Of a stretch of 64,000 bases of DNA, positions 47,930-62,400 are shown piece by piece. The notes beneath the pieces are model-generated. The model was not told where the DNA came from, did not search any database, and worked only from the letters and a program-made list of their open reading frames with translations. Position 1 is the stretch's first letter, and every line of letters begins with the position of its first letter. The DNA comes from Octopus sinensis (lineage: Eukaryota), in NCBI RefSeq assembly GCF_006345805.1, contig NC_043016.1, positions 14,632,001-14,696,000 on the forward strand, in the 5' to 3' direction. The translations under genes were made by a program, and so were the position numbers.

Positions 47930-48590
47930 ACCCCAATAAACACTGCTTGTCACAGCTGACTGGTTTACAGAATGCAGTCAGAAGAACACTTGGAAGCTTT
48001 GCTAAAAAGTTCAGTTAAATTTGGCAAAAACACTATAGAATCTTATGAAATGTTCCAGGCACAAGAGGTTCAAGGGTTGTGGAGAGGAGGTGAGGAGATA
48101 CAATGAGGTGTATGGGGGGGGGGAGAAAGGATGTCAGAACATCAGAGCTGGTTGAGAAAATTTGCAATTTTCTGGAGGAAAACTGCCATGTGTCTATAAA
48201 GACAAAACCCATGCAATTTGGAGTTTTGTGTGGAAACTCTGCACTAATTATTCATGAAGACACAAAATTTGGATGGGTTTTTCTCCCCAGAGTGATCAGT
48301 GACAAGCATCTTGGCAAGCAAAACTTGAAAGGGATGAACATCAAAACTGTCCCTCATTTTCCCATTAGTTCAGACTTTAGCTGTTCCCCAACCTGAAGGA
48401 GAAGTCATTTTTAAGATGGAGTGTGTGACAAGGGTCCTGGACACCTTCACTCTTGAGGACTTCTGTGGGGCCTTCACAAATGGGCTGGGGTGCTACAACA
48501 GATGCACTGGAGATTAGAGTTTTATACCACTTTGAAATCAATATCTCTCTTGAAAAAGTCGGTAAACTCCTGGAATGTCTCTTATTCAGA
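47930..48590 (+). pseudogene. Degenerate mariner fragments
   Basis: KFGKNTIESYEMF; GRKDVRTSELVEKI; FTLEDFCGAF...YNRC. Coordinates are approximate. Confidence 0.6.
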
Positions 48591-50282
48591 TTTCTGTGCA
48601 AATGTGAGAGTTGTAGGCTTCAAGCTATATTACTGGACACAGCTGTAAAGCTTTCTTGTCAGTTGGCCATGCATTTGAATCAGGAAGCCATTACAACTCA
48701 GAGCATAAAAGCAAAACTGGGTAGAAGAACATTGACGTTTTGTACGCAATTCCATAGCAATGGGAAGAATAGCTGCAGAAGATTTAATTGTGGCAAGTTT
48801 CAAACGAAAGATCAACACAGAGACACAGCACATGTAAATGATGGCCTTTCCTATGATTTAGCCATCAAATAGTTTTTGAATCCAATGTTGGCAGATTTTA
48901 TCAGTTGTAACAGTTTTCCTGATATTCTGCAACTTGCTGCTGTAGACAAGCAACATGCTGTGAATCACCGTTTCTTGTCCTTCCCTCTCTGATATGAACA
49001 CAAAGCAAAAACTAAATGCCAAAATCTGAAATAATAGCCATAAAAGAGTATTTTACTGCAGGCAAATATTGTGATTGACCACCCGTTAGCTGTTACAATG
49101 CATAACACACTACAAAATACTAAATGGATATATATATATGAATGCTATGTAAGCAATCAACATGATACCAGGCCAAAAATTAACAAAGGGAATTGCAGGA
49201 ACAGTGCACTCTGTAATGTGGGTGACATTAAGAAATGCATCCAGCCATAGTAATCATACCAAAACAGACAATAGAGCTTCGAACAGCCCTGTGGTGTGCC
49301 AATTCCTGTCAAACTGCTCAACCCATGCTTGCATGGAAAATGGATGTTATGACCACAAGGACTCAATGGAAAGTACTGGGACCTGAACACAAGTCTGAAA
49401 GCAAAACATTTATTTACACAGTGTAGATTTCCGGCTTACCAGTTCCAATCAAACCATCTGACCCATGCCAACATAGAAAGCAAACATTAAATGATGATAG
49501 TGTGTGTGTGTATATATATATATATAAAGTTATTTAGCCATTGACCCATGCACCAATACAGCTGAGATCATTCACTGATATCTGCATTACCTCTTGATGC
49601 CAACTCAAGTGAGACCACTGCTTCTGATCTGACAATACAAACTTCCTTTTGTAAAGTGATTTCAATGAAAACCTTCCATCAAAATTTCTTAATTAATGTT
49701 CCAAAGAAGATTTTCAAAATGACAAACATATTCCTCATTATTTTCAAAATTAATTGAAAAAAAGGCAATGTTTTTCTACAAATGTATGGTAACAAAAGGG
49801 TTAAAGTGATCTCAATTAAAATCTTCCATCAAAATTTCTTGTTAATTTGTTTCAAACGACAGAATTATTTTGCTAAATTCTTCATTATTTTCCATATTAC
49901 TTGAAGCAAGTAGGGAAAGTAGCTGGTCCTTCAATGGACACTCAGGAATAGTAGAGCAATGAAAATAACTTTTGCCACATCTTCTGAAGAATAACTAAAA
50001 GACATTGATAGCATTTGCTGTTGAGATGAGTCTGCCAAAAGCACAACAACCAAAGCCATACTGACTTCAAATCTTTTAAAGTCTGCTAGCAGTTTTTATC
50101 AATCCCTATTTGTTAAATTGCCAGGTGAAATAGCATAAATGTAAATACAGAAACCGCACAACAGATTTCCATATGCTAGTCTGACCCATGCAAGGATGGA
50201 AAAGTGGACATTAAAACAATGATGTTACTGATGATGATGATAATTTACAGTTACTGAATTTTACTTACAAGGTATTGGTTGA

Positions 50283-50511
50283 GCGGCGAGCTAGCAGAAT
50301 CATTAGCACGTCGGGCGAAATGCTTAGCGGTATTTCGGCTGCCGTTACGTTGTGAGTTCAAATTCCGCCGAGGTCGACTTTGCCTTTCATCCTTTCGGGG
50401 TCGATAAATTAAGTACCAGTTACGCACTGGGGTCGATGTAATCGACTTAATACCTATGTCTGTCCATGTTTGTCTCCTCTATGTTTAGCCCCTTGTGGGT
50501 AATAAAGAAAT
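50283..50511 (+). mobile_element. Young SINE S4 with 13-bp TSD
   Basis: Flanked by AGGTATTGGTTGA at 50270-50282 and 50512-50524. CpGs are retained. Confidence 0.92.
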
Positions 50512-51819
50512 AGGTATTGGTTGACCAAAGAATCAAGTAGAAAACACTTGTTCAGGGCACCATAATGAGATTGAACCTGGAACCATGAAGTAGCAAAACA
50601 AATTTCTTAACCACACAATAATGCCTGTATCTATTGCATCAAGAATTGAGTTCAATCTCAGGATTCATGTGAAATGCCAGTTTAACAACCCAACCACACA
50701 CACACACACATACATACACACACGTCTTTGAATCTCCTTATCTTGACAATGCATGATACTTGTAAACAAGTGTCGTCGCCATCATATGAGCTGTAACTTT
50801 CATTTCCAACCTTCTCTGAAAAAACATATTCAGTAAAATTATTACCTGACACAGAAGCAGGTAAGTGTTGATGACAGGTAGGGCATCCAGCCGTAGAAAA
50901 TATGCCTCAGTCAATTCTGTACAACCCAAGTGGGCATGGAAAAATGGATATTAAAATGAGACATGATTTTACAGTATATTTAAGATCTGAAGACATAACA
51001 AAAATTCATTGAAGAAGTATCTAATTTAGACAAAAATTAAATTCCTGGAAGTAAAGCTTAAAAGGTGTTTGATGAAAATTTGGCCAAAACATTATGCAGA
51101 ATGAGTGACTACACAGCTTCTTTAGTTTGGTCATAGAATTTCAACCCATAAAACAAAATATGTCAACCACTAAACCAATAAATAAAAGAAAAAAATTTGG
51201 AAGTGTTAAATTTATTGGTGCAGATAAATCCAATACAAGTGGTAAAATATTTTCAAAATATGACAAGTAAAGATATAGAAAAGTTCATTTGGCAGAAGTT
51301 TGGAATACATTAGTATGGAGAGATCTACAATATCATAGTTTTTTTTATGTCAGTCCCCAGGGGTTCTTTCTTTTTGTTCTTGGTGACTAGTGCTTCCATT
51401 GGATTCAATAATAACAGTAATTTAGAAATAAACATGTATCTGAGTAATAAACAAGTTCATTAAAAAATTATAAAAAAGTGTACAATATCTGGCACATTTT
51501 GGATTTGAACAATGATTTGAGTGAAATAGAAACATTTTCCTTTAGGAAATGTGAAAATGCATTTGTCCAAGAATATCAGTAGCAACAGCAGTAAAAATTT
51601 CATGATTGGGGTATAATTGATTAAAATCAATTATGCTAATGAAAATAAATTTCCTGCTTAAGCCAGGAATTTCTAGGAGAGTGGAATGAGATTACATGCT
51701 CAAGTCTTCTTCAATTTGTTGTAATTAAGATTTCAAACATGGTCATAGATTCAACTTACCAAGAGCAATGACCATACAGTGTCATAATAATTTCAATAGC
51801 AATGTATATGATCCTATAA

Positions 51820-52170
51820 ACATAACAAGGTGTGGCAAGAAACTTGCTTCCCAAACACATAGTTCTGGGTTCAGTCCCACTGCATGGCACCTTGGGCAAG
51901 TGTCTTCTACTATAGCCTCAGGCTGACCAAAGAAGCCCGTTGTATGTATATATATATATATTTTTTGCGTGTCTGTGTTTGTCTCCCCACCACCACCACC
52001 ACTGCTTGACAACTGATTTTGGTGTGTTTACATCCCCATAACTTAGCGGTTCAGCAAAGGAACCCAATAGATTAAGTACTAGGCTTACAAAGAATAAGTC
52101 CTGGGGACGATTTGTCCAACTAAAGGCGATGCTCTAGCATGGTCGCAGTCAAATGACTGAAACAAGAAAA
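51820..52170 (+). mobile_element. SINE S1 (diverged, deleted)
   Basis: Head and tail motifs as at 9648. Confidence 0.75.
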
Positions 52171-53409
52171 GGAATATATTAGCCTATATAACTGACTATA
52201 GAACCTTATTCACTAAATCAACTGAGATTATCTGCTTTAAATTATCTCATTAGTCATAAAATTTAATTATAACGAAAGGCTTAATTTTCTTATTTTCTAT
52301 AAAACATGTTTTATCTACAATTGATACCAAATAACAATGAAAGGTTTCTTTCAACATGAAGCAAAAATTGATTAAAGACCCGTGATGAAATAATTGAAGT
52401 ATAAGTTTCTACAATTGATATAACAATAATTTATCACATCTGTTCTTTTTCATTTTCCTTTCTTTTATTCAAAGCAGGTGCACTGTTTGCTCCACTCTTC
52501 AATATATTCGATGGAATACTTTTATTCAAACTGGAAATGTGAACGCTTAACACAATTGACATTACAAATTAGAGATGTCTCGTTGCTAACTTTTCAACAC
52601 TTACATACATGGTGGATCTGCCAGTTAGCAAATCAGGTTTCTAAACATTTTTAGTTTTCAATTTAGTTTTAAAATTGTCCCCCATTTCGTTAAATGTTAA
52701 AATATTCAACATGAAATAACCAAACAAAAAAGACAATTTATAACAAATTAATTGATTACTTGCAAAAACAATTTCTTTACTTTGTCATGGACATGCACAC
52801 AAGCTAGAATGCTGCAGCTGCATAAATTCTGATGCACATAGATGCAACTGCACCATCACCTGTAACTGAATTCTTGGGAAACACGAGAGAGAAAGAGAAA
52901 GAGTGAATGTGTGTGTGTGTGTGTGTGTGCGCACGCATGCGTGTAGTGGTGGTGGGAGTCGAAGACGGGGAAAAGTAATATTTCTTGATAATGACTTTAA
53001 TACAGTCTTAGAAATCTGAGACTGATTTCATTTATTACAATTTCCTTGAAACTAATGGAAATGTTGCCAGCACACATAGTAAATTCCATAGATGTCAAAC
53101 ATTCTATTAAATTACAGATTTTATTAAATGTTAAAAAAGACTAATATATATCTAAAAAAAAAACAATGATATTTATGTATCAAGCTATTCTCCTAACATC
53201 ATTTCATTTAAACAATTTGAATAATAGTTCTTTTTGAAATGATTTTTAAAAATCAACTTATATATTAAAAGTTTATGTATATATATATAATATCTATGAA
53301 AGAGTTCTTTCACACATCTGAACAGAGTAAACAAACAAAAAAAAATGCACTTGAAATAATTCTGCTTTCCATTTATTTTCCACACGACAAAAATGGTAAG
53401 AACATTCAG

Positions 53410-53436
53410 CTAGCTCTTAATTGGAAGTCCAAAAGC
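53410..53436 (-). CDS. SRM: SRM last coding exon: AFGLPIKS*
   Basis: Strong acceptor tttatttattttcttctttttcag|GCT...TAG; phase 0 fits the preceding exon. Confidence 0.75.
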   Translation of the reverse strand, partial: AFGLPIKS

Positions 53437-56400
53437 CTGAAAAAGAAGAAAATAAATAAATGATAATCATTTAAATAAAAGTAAGTAAACAATATTGTCT
53501 CTCTTTTTACATCTGTTTACATATTTGAGATAGATTTTATTCCCCCTGCCTTAGCGGAAGTGGAGGTATTGTTTTCAACCATGTCTGTTTGTTAATTTTC
53601 AACCATATTTGTTTGTACATTTGTCATGTAAATAAGCGTGAATATTTCAAGGAACTGCAGAACCGTTGCCAGCTCCGCCTTGACTGGCTTCTGTGCCGGT
53701 GGCACATAAAAAGCACCATCCGAATGTGGCCGATGCCAGCTCTGCCTTGGCTGGCTTCCGTGCCAGTGGCACGTTAAAAGCACCAACCGATCGTGGCCGA
53801 TGCCAGACTCCCCTGGCACCTGTGCCGGTGGCACATAAAAAGCACCCTCTACACTCGCAGAGTGGTTGGCATTAGGAAGGGCATCCAGCTGTAGAAACAC
53901 TGCCAGATCAGACTGGAGCCTGGTGCAGCCCCTGGCTTCCCAGACCCCGGTCGAACCGTCCAACCCGTGCCAGCATGGAAAACAGACGTTAAACGATGAT
54001 GATGATGATGATGCAGTTATGTGCATGTGTTAAGTGATAGATGATATAAAAAAACATAGTTCGATTAAAAAAAAAACCCTTTTCACTATCCAGTCCCTAC
54101 CGCCACCTCCATCTCCAACACCACCATCATTCTTTCTCTCTCTGTCTTTTTTTAACCACAACCATCAGAACACAACCCCTCTAACAAAAATTTATATCTT
54201 TAATTCTCCTCCTCTATATCATCACTACCTTCTTTTTAACTTTTTTTTAACCTCTCTCGCTACCCTGCATTGTCGAACGATCGAATCGCAATGATACCTG
54301 GTCGATCCTGTCAGTAGTCATATCTTGTCTCAAAGCTTGAGCTATGCAAGTGTAATAATATTATGCTCCCCCTGCCTCACATCACGGACGCTTCTCTCTC
54401 TCTCTCTTTCTGTCTCCGCTTTAGTCTTATCTTCTTATTCTCTCTCGTTTTTCTTTCTCCTTTCTTTCTCTTCAACTAATCATGTGAAGGTGGTGTTACA
54501 ATTACATTCCCTCTACCTCACATCATGGACACTTCTCTCTCCCTCTTTCTCTCTAATCACATGAAAGCGTTACCGATGGGCTAAGTAACGGAATGACAAG
54601 CAGAATTATTATAAGATGAAAATAAAAAATAATAAAATAATTCCCCACAGAAGACAACAGAAAGATATGTTTAGAAGCGATTATCTGCCCCTGAACAGCA
54701 ACTCAGGTTCTTTGTCTCTACCAAACATATAATAATGTTCGTATTTCGGGTTCGAAGATGACCATTGACATCATTTGGTGGAATTGCTGCTATGAGACCG
54801 GAGGTGGCTGGTGAGGCCAATCCGGGCAAGAAAGCCCCTCCCACAGGTGGGGCAGAAGTGGGTAGGTTCCAGTAAGTATGTATATATTACATGCACCAAA
54901 ACTACTACAGGGTGAGGCATGAGACGATACAATTGATTAGAAAGAAAGCAAAGAAAAGGAACTGACCTTATGAGCAAAATTGGGCAATACAAAAGAGGCA
55001 CTGTGGACAGCTGAGTTGTAGTATTTGTAATCATTGGCTTCAACTTCGTCTTCTGTCAGAGTTCGAACTGGTTTAGATAAATCTCTCATCTAACAAAGAA
55101 AAACAAAATACAACAAATTATATAATGCTCAAATTCTGCCTTAATTACTATCATGAGTAAACACGAAGATGAGCTTGCTAGATTCGGGGTGTTCAAAAAT
55201 TATTTTGACAACTCTCACAATTTATGATCTTGATGAGTTGCGTAGAACCAATGGAGACCATATGGAAGCGTTCTGGTGTTTCTAATATAACTTTTATTTT
55301 TCTGCCTATGTTTTCCAATAAACTCTGCTGAATTATCCATATTCTTCATTTTTTCTGAATCATTCAAATTGTAAATGTAATATATATGGACTCCCTGTAT
55401 TTCACATATTCTTTTATTTGTTTAAATCATTTGACTGTGGCCATGCTGGAGCACCACCTTTAGTCAAGCAGATCAACCCCAGGACTTGTTTTTTGTAAGC
55501 CTAATAATACTTATTCTATCAGTCTCTTTTGCCAACCCGCTAAGTTACAGGTATGTAAACACACCAGCATATTTGTTAAGCTATATTGGAGGGACAAACA
55601 GAGACACACATACACACACGCAGAGTTTCCGTCTACCAAATCCACTCACAAGGCTTTGGTCGGTTCGAGGCTATAGTAGAAGACACTTGCCCAAGGTGCC
55701 ACGCAGTGGGACTGAACCCAGAAACAAGTGGTTGGGAAGCAAGTTTCTTACCACACAGCCACTCCTGCACCTAGTAGTAAGAGAACTGATACAAATGAAA
55801 GGACAGCAATTTGACATATCTGTCTTTGAATTTGTTTTTTTCTCTCTAATCAGATTATTGGAAGTTTATGCAAACAGAAAAAAAAGTTGTGGCTCTGCAG
55901 TAAGAAGTTTGCTTCTCAATTACATGGTTCAAGGTTCAGTTCTATTGCATGGCACCTTGGGCATGTATCTTCTACTATAGCCCCTGACTGACCAAAACCT
56001 TATGAGTGAATTTGGTAGACAGAAACTGAAAGAAACATGTCATGTTGTTGTGTCTGTGTGTCACTGACTCCTTGCCTTGACATCATGTGATGGTTAGTAA
56101 ACAAATGTTATCATCATTACAAGCAGGATCCTTCCTTTCCAATCTTCCATGGGAACATGCTCAGTCAAGGGGAAATATTAACTTGCTTGAAAACAAGTAA
56201 GGGTTGACAACAGGAAAGGCATCCAGCTGCAGAAAATCCAAGTCATAATGGTCAGGTAAGAATTTATTCATTATTCAGTTGAAGGATGGCAACCTCACAT
56301 CCTCTTGACATATACAAGTTCTTCTAGAACAGAGAGATTAATGTGACTGAAATTTAATCCTTTAACATTCACATTATTCTGTCTAATGTAATGCTTATTT

Positions 56401-59400
56401 ATCCACATTGTTTAGAATTAATCATGCATTATCTTGTAGCTTTGAGACTATGATGATATGACTGTACCTTTTCAGAATGACATTGTATGGTAGGTGTGAG
56501 AAGCTGGATCTGGCTGGTTTGAACATAAAACACGTAGAATATCTGGGCTGGATATGACAAGTCTGAATGCTAAATGTTGTAGCGCCAGTATCTAATCAGG
56601 GATCGAGCATTTTCTGATTATGAAGAAGACAAACTGTCGGGATAAAATTTCAGAAATCACCACCACTGTCATTGTCATCTTCATCATCATTTAACATCCA
56701 TGTTTCATGCTGCCATTTGTTTGGACAGTCAGACAGGATCTGTTGGTTCAAATGTCTGCTTTAGAATGGTTTCTACAGTTGGATGCCCTTCTTAATGCCA
56801 ACCACTTTACAACATGTAACTGGGTGCTTTTTATATGGCACCAGCACTAGTGAAGTTGCCATGAGGCTTGCAAGACTACACCCCCCCCCCAGGGACGGGG
56901 TGGTCAGCTTTATGCTGTGGATTAAGAGGATATGGAGGTGGGAGCGGGGACAGAGCAGGTTCTTGTAGAGCTGCATGGTTACATTTAGTAGGGGAGGGAG
57001 AAAATAATCAGCAGGAGGTGAGAAGAGAGATTAGAGGTAACCCCTCAAGGCCCTCGGTAGAAGTGGATGAGTGGGACGAGGTTAGGGGTTTGCAAGATTG
57101 TATTGAGAGCTGGAGGTAAGGGGATGGGCTGCAACTATGAAAATGTTGGGAAGGGTTGAAGTGTGATGACTGATGTGTCAGGAGTTGGTGAAGGGTGGTG
57201 GGATGCAGGTGGGAGTAGGGAAGGGAGAGTGGTGGGATAGTAACGACACAGTTGACAGGGGGGGAGGGAGAAGAGAGATGACAAGGTGAGGTTGGCTGAG
57301 GGGAGTGTGAGTGGGGGACAAAAAAAAACCTTCATGGCTCATTGAGGAAGGAGGGCAGACTGTTGCATGGTGACATAGAGAACTGCTGATGGCTGCCTGC
57401 GTTACTGTCAAAGTTTTGAAAGTGAAAGTAATAGATTGATGGTCAGCAAAGGTCAGTGCCACCTACTCCCTCATGGGAGTAGGTGGCACTGTTTTATTTT
57501 GTGTTGTTTTAAGTTAGGGAAGTTAAGGTAGGTCCTTGCAGAGAGGGAAATATTTCAAAGATAGAAAGTGGTTCAAGAGTATTGTCTGAGGTTAATGGAA
57601 GGAATGCCATAAGGAATAGTGCTTGTTTTAGATTGGAATAATCAGAAATAAGAATTTTATTATTTGGCAATTGTGTGTATATTACAGTGAGGAATGTAGG
57701 GGGTTGCACAAGAGGTTAGAAGGGGTTTTATTGTGCACTTACTCTGAAGAATTAGAAACAAAATGTGCATCAAATGCATCGACATTATCTACAAGTTTCA
57801 TATTTAGTCGACTCCTGGTCAAGGAATGGTGGATTGAGTAAAATTCCCATGAATACAGTAAAGATCTTTTAGGAATCCATTGCTTTACTAACATAATACT
57901 ATTTGAATGGTAAACAAATGCTACCCAGTCGGTGGGGGTGATCTCTCCTACTAATTGTTGTAGGCAAGGCTTTTCACCTGTAATTCATTTGGGAATTTTT
58001 GGTTCATCATCGTCATCATCGTTTAACATCCGTTTTCCATTCTGGCATGGGTTGGACGGTTTGACTGGGGACTTGGCAAGCCAAGAGGCTGCACCAGGCT
58101 CCAATCTGATCTGACAATGTTTGTACAGCTAGATGCCCTTCTTAACGCCAACCACTCCTAGAGTGTAGTGGGTGCTTTTTATGTGCCACTGGCACAGGAG
58201 CCAGTCAGGGAGCACTGGCATTGGCCAGGTGGCACTGGCATAAGATGTAGCAAAAATAATGTACTAAGAAGGAAAGTACCAGTCTACTATTTACTGCCAC
58301 AAGGGTGAAGCACAGGCATATGTACGCTATCGATTCTCGTTTTAAACCTTCAACATTTAAACCAACCATTTCCAGCCCCTCAAACCCACTTTATTCGTTC
58401 TAAAAATGAACAATTATATTGTTGAAATCACAAATCTACAACATAATGCACGATTAATTCAAATCAAAGTGAATAAATAGGCATTAGATTCTTCAGAATA
58501 ATCTGAATGCTAATGGGTTAAAGCAAGTTTTGGAAAATTTCTCCTATATCTGAATTGTTAAGGGGTTTAATGAAAACTCACCGTGTTGCTGCAAAGAACT
58601 AAACCAATTTGCCCACAGGCATAAGTTGCAAGGGTACAGTTTGCATATGACACACATGGAAATACTGCTCGGCATTTCTTCAGAACATCTTGAATTAACT
58701 CTTTATCTAACCAAATATTTTCACCTGGAAATTGAAATATCAATGCAAAAAAAAAAAAATAAAATAAGGAAAAATCAATGACAACTGTTTGATTCAACAC
58801 GATTAAAGACCCAGTATATTTAATCTATGAAAAAACATCCCAAAACTTACAGAGAGAGAGGGGGGAGGGAGAGTAAGTAGCAGATGTATCACTAATCTTG
58901 TTTGTAAACCCCAGCTAGTTCTAGAACCCTTCATTGCATCCATCTGATCCATTAGACATGAAAGCAAAAGAAATTAACTTCCATTCCAATCAGTGGTCAT
59001 GAAATAGAACTGGTCACACACTTTTAAAACAAAACAAAACCTTGATATTTTCAATTTTAATTTATAATCTCACTTGAATGTCATTACAAACAAATGAGAT
59101 TTACAATAATTTTATTTTTAAATGTTCCTCAGTAAAATGGAAACTGACTGATATTCATTAAAGATTGTGTAAATGTTGTAACCTTAGAAACATAAATCTA
59201 ATTATAGTGATGCTTATACACTGATATGTGCATATGTGACCAAAAAACAAAATCTCTCTTCTGTTATCTTCCTATATTAATTTCAGTCAGTACCAGTTGC
59301 ATTAACAAACTGCTTTTCCACATTCTGAGACCCGGAATTAAATTAGGTTCCTTTTACTCTAATACTCTCTCAACCAAAGCATTTTGGCAAACAGCAAATG

Positions 59401-62400
59401 GTCTCATAATTTATAGAACTAAATGTTACCACTAACTTTGTGATAATGATGATGATAATAAGAATAATGTTTTGGTACAGGGTCGGCAGTTTTTGAGTGG
59501 AGAGGAAAGTTGATTACATTGACCCAAGTACCTAACTGGTACTTAATTTATTGACCCCAAAAGGATGAAATTATGAAGTCAACATCACAGACTGTGAACT
59601 CAGGACGTAAAGTCAGAAGAAATTCCACTAAACACTTGGGCCAGCATGATAATGGTTCCATCAGCTGACCACAATAATAATAATAATGATGATAACAATC
59701 ATCATTGTTATGTAGCAGACATTGGATTGCTTGCCACAATTTGAATCAGTTTTTAATCCCCTTCTATATGGAGGGAAGGGACTAGTTGATTACTTATTTC
59801 ATTGAGCCTGAAAGGATGAAAGGCAAAAGTCTACCTCACTGGAATTTGAACCCAGAAAGTTAAGACAAATGAAATGCTGCTAAGCATTTTGTCCCCCGTG
59901 CTAATGACTGCAAGCTTGCAGCCTTATCTTATAATGAGAAAGAATAACCTTACCTTGGTTACACATAATGCCATCTGGTTTTAATGCTTTGTGAATTAAC
60001 TTATAAAATCGTAGTTCAAATAAACCCTCAGCCGGCCCTATGAAAGGAAGCGAAAGAATGAAAGTTTTTAAATGACAGTGTACTTCATGCAAATAAAAGG
60101 GGACAAAAGCATATTTTGATGTTGTGGACAGAAAACAAGGACAACAAAAATATTAGACATGCTGAAGCCTTGCAGCTGGACGCATTTGTGGAATGATGTC
60201 TGTGAGCTGCCAGTTTACAAAAGACAAAGTTGATAATTTGTTACATAGCAATAGGCATGGCTACGAGTATACAGAGTTTGCTTTGAACTTTGTGGTCTGG
60301 AGTTCAATCTCAATGCATGGAATCATGAGCTTGGTGTTTTCTTCTGTAGCCTAAACCAGACCAAATTTTTGTGAGTGAAATTAGTTGATAGAAATACATT
60401 GTGTGTGTGTGTGTGTGTGTGTAAATGTTTGCTTCTAAGTGTCTTTGTGTGGCATTATTGGAATGATGATGATGATATTTCTCAGCCCTTTAGCATTTAA
60501 TCTACCTATATCCGGCCCAAATATTCTACTTATTTTATGTTCAGATGGGCTAGATCTGGCATCTCACACCTATCCTACAATGTGTAGTGACGTCATATTC
60601 CAGTGTGCGCACACGTAATATCATTCTTCAGTGTGCATGTGCGGAACGTCTTTCTTCAGTGTGCGTGTGCGGGGTTGGAACCTTCTGGAAAGGCATAAGG
60701 AAGTTCCCCCATGCACATGCGATAGAGACTGAAGAATAAATTCTATAGCGTTCCTTAATAGCGTCGGGGACTTGAGACACGGCGATAGAAGAGAAAGGAC
60801 GTATAGTCTGAAACCTGTGATCAGCCTATTCTCCTGTCCCAGACGCTTAGGATTTGACCTGTTCTGTTGCTGCTGAATTGTTGTAAAGCTTACAAACGTT
60901 TGAATTCAGCCTTGCTGCGTTGAACTAGGTGGATACCAACATACCATCGTGTTTCATTGTTGAACCAAGAAAATAAAGAATTATATCTATTTTTAACTTG
61001 CGTTTTGTTCCTGACTGGTAGTTTCTAGAAACAAAAAGAAAGGAAATTGTGTTGCACCCAAGTTGCACCCCAAAAGTGTAAAGAAGCAACCAGTTCCCTT
61101 TACAAATGTTATTCTAAAAATATACAAACACACTCATGCCAGTGGTAGGTAAAAACACCTGGGTGCAGGAAAATGGCTGCATAAAAATCTCATCTAACCC
61201 ATTCCAGCATAATGATTTGGGGAAGAAAACTTATGTCATGATGGCAGATGCATTGATAAAAACTATAATGAACTGATTAGAACAGAAAGCAACATAGAAG
61301 AAACAAGAGTAAAAAAAATGTTGAAAGAAGTTTGGGAAATGACTATCAATGTCAAAAACTAATACTTTCTCTCACCATGGAATGTGTAAGAGGTGTAATG
61401 ACGCATGGGAAGTTGTTGGGAAATAAAGATATCAAACCATGTAAATGAGGAGAATGCTGGCTGCAATAACAATGGTCATGAGATGCACTCTGCTGCACTG
61501 AAGACCACTCCAACCAATGCCAAAACACAATGTTTAAAAACAATACACACTCAAATTTAATCACATACACATATGCACATCTCAAATTCTTTAAAAGACG
61601 ACACTTCCTTCTCACAGATCACAAATAATAAATATTGGTCACATGACTACAACCAAAATATTTCCTTACCAACAGGATCTGTGGAATCAGTAATGATGAC
61701 ATCAAACTTTCCTTCGCATTTTTCAAGGTATTCAACACCATCGGCAATACATAATTCTAACTTGGGATGAGACAGACCAACAGCCATTCCAGGAAGATAT
61801 TTTTTGCTGACATTACAAACTTCCTGTGAAGATTAAAGAAATAAAAAAACAAATAAATAAGGAAACAACTGTTAATGATTTTCATGTCACCAATGTCTTT
61901 ATCCACTGCTGGATAAAGACTGATCATGGTTTTGTCACTTCATCTCTGCTAATTGTAACCAATGCACACACACACACACACAAACACATCCATACCTTGG
62001 TGCATACTCAGTGTGGACCCTAAGTAGGCATACTCTTTTACCTCCGAGATCTCATTGCTTCCCACCTCTAAAAGGGCAGGATGGAAAGCATTTAACTCAA
62101 TAAAGGATGTGCTCCCAACGAATACAGACAATGCCACACATGCCAGACTCTTTAATAGCACCGTTCTAGCCGTGCTCTTAGATACAAGTGAGATGTGGAC
62201 CACTAGAAAAAGAACAGAACATCAATTGGCTACAACACAAAGGCCATGGAAACATCCGTGCTTGGAATATCACCAAGAGAATACATTTGGAATGAGATGC
62301 ATCAAGAATGGAATGGAATGAATGATGTGGTTGCAGAGCACCAAAAACACAAGTTCTGTTGGGCCAGACATGTTGCAAGGTTTGCAGACACCAGGTGGAG

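Noticed and set aside
48600-48960. Possible hAT C-terminal dimerisation fragment (FPLLWNCV..) on the - strand
   Set aside because: A single weak motif; left unannotated.
57744-57768. CTGAAGA-ATTA-GAAAC motif
   Set aside because: No stem II or stem I; a chance match.
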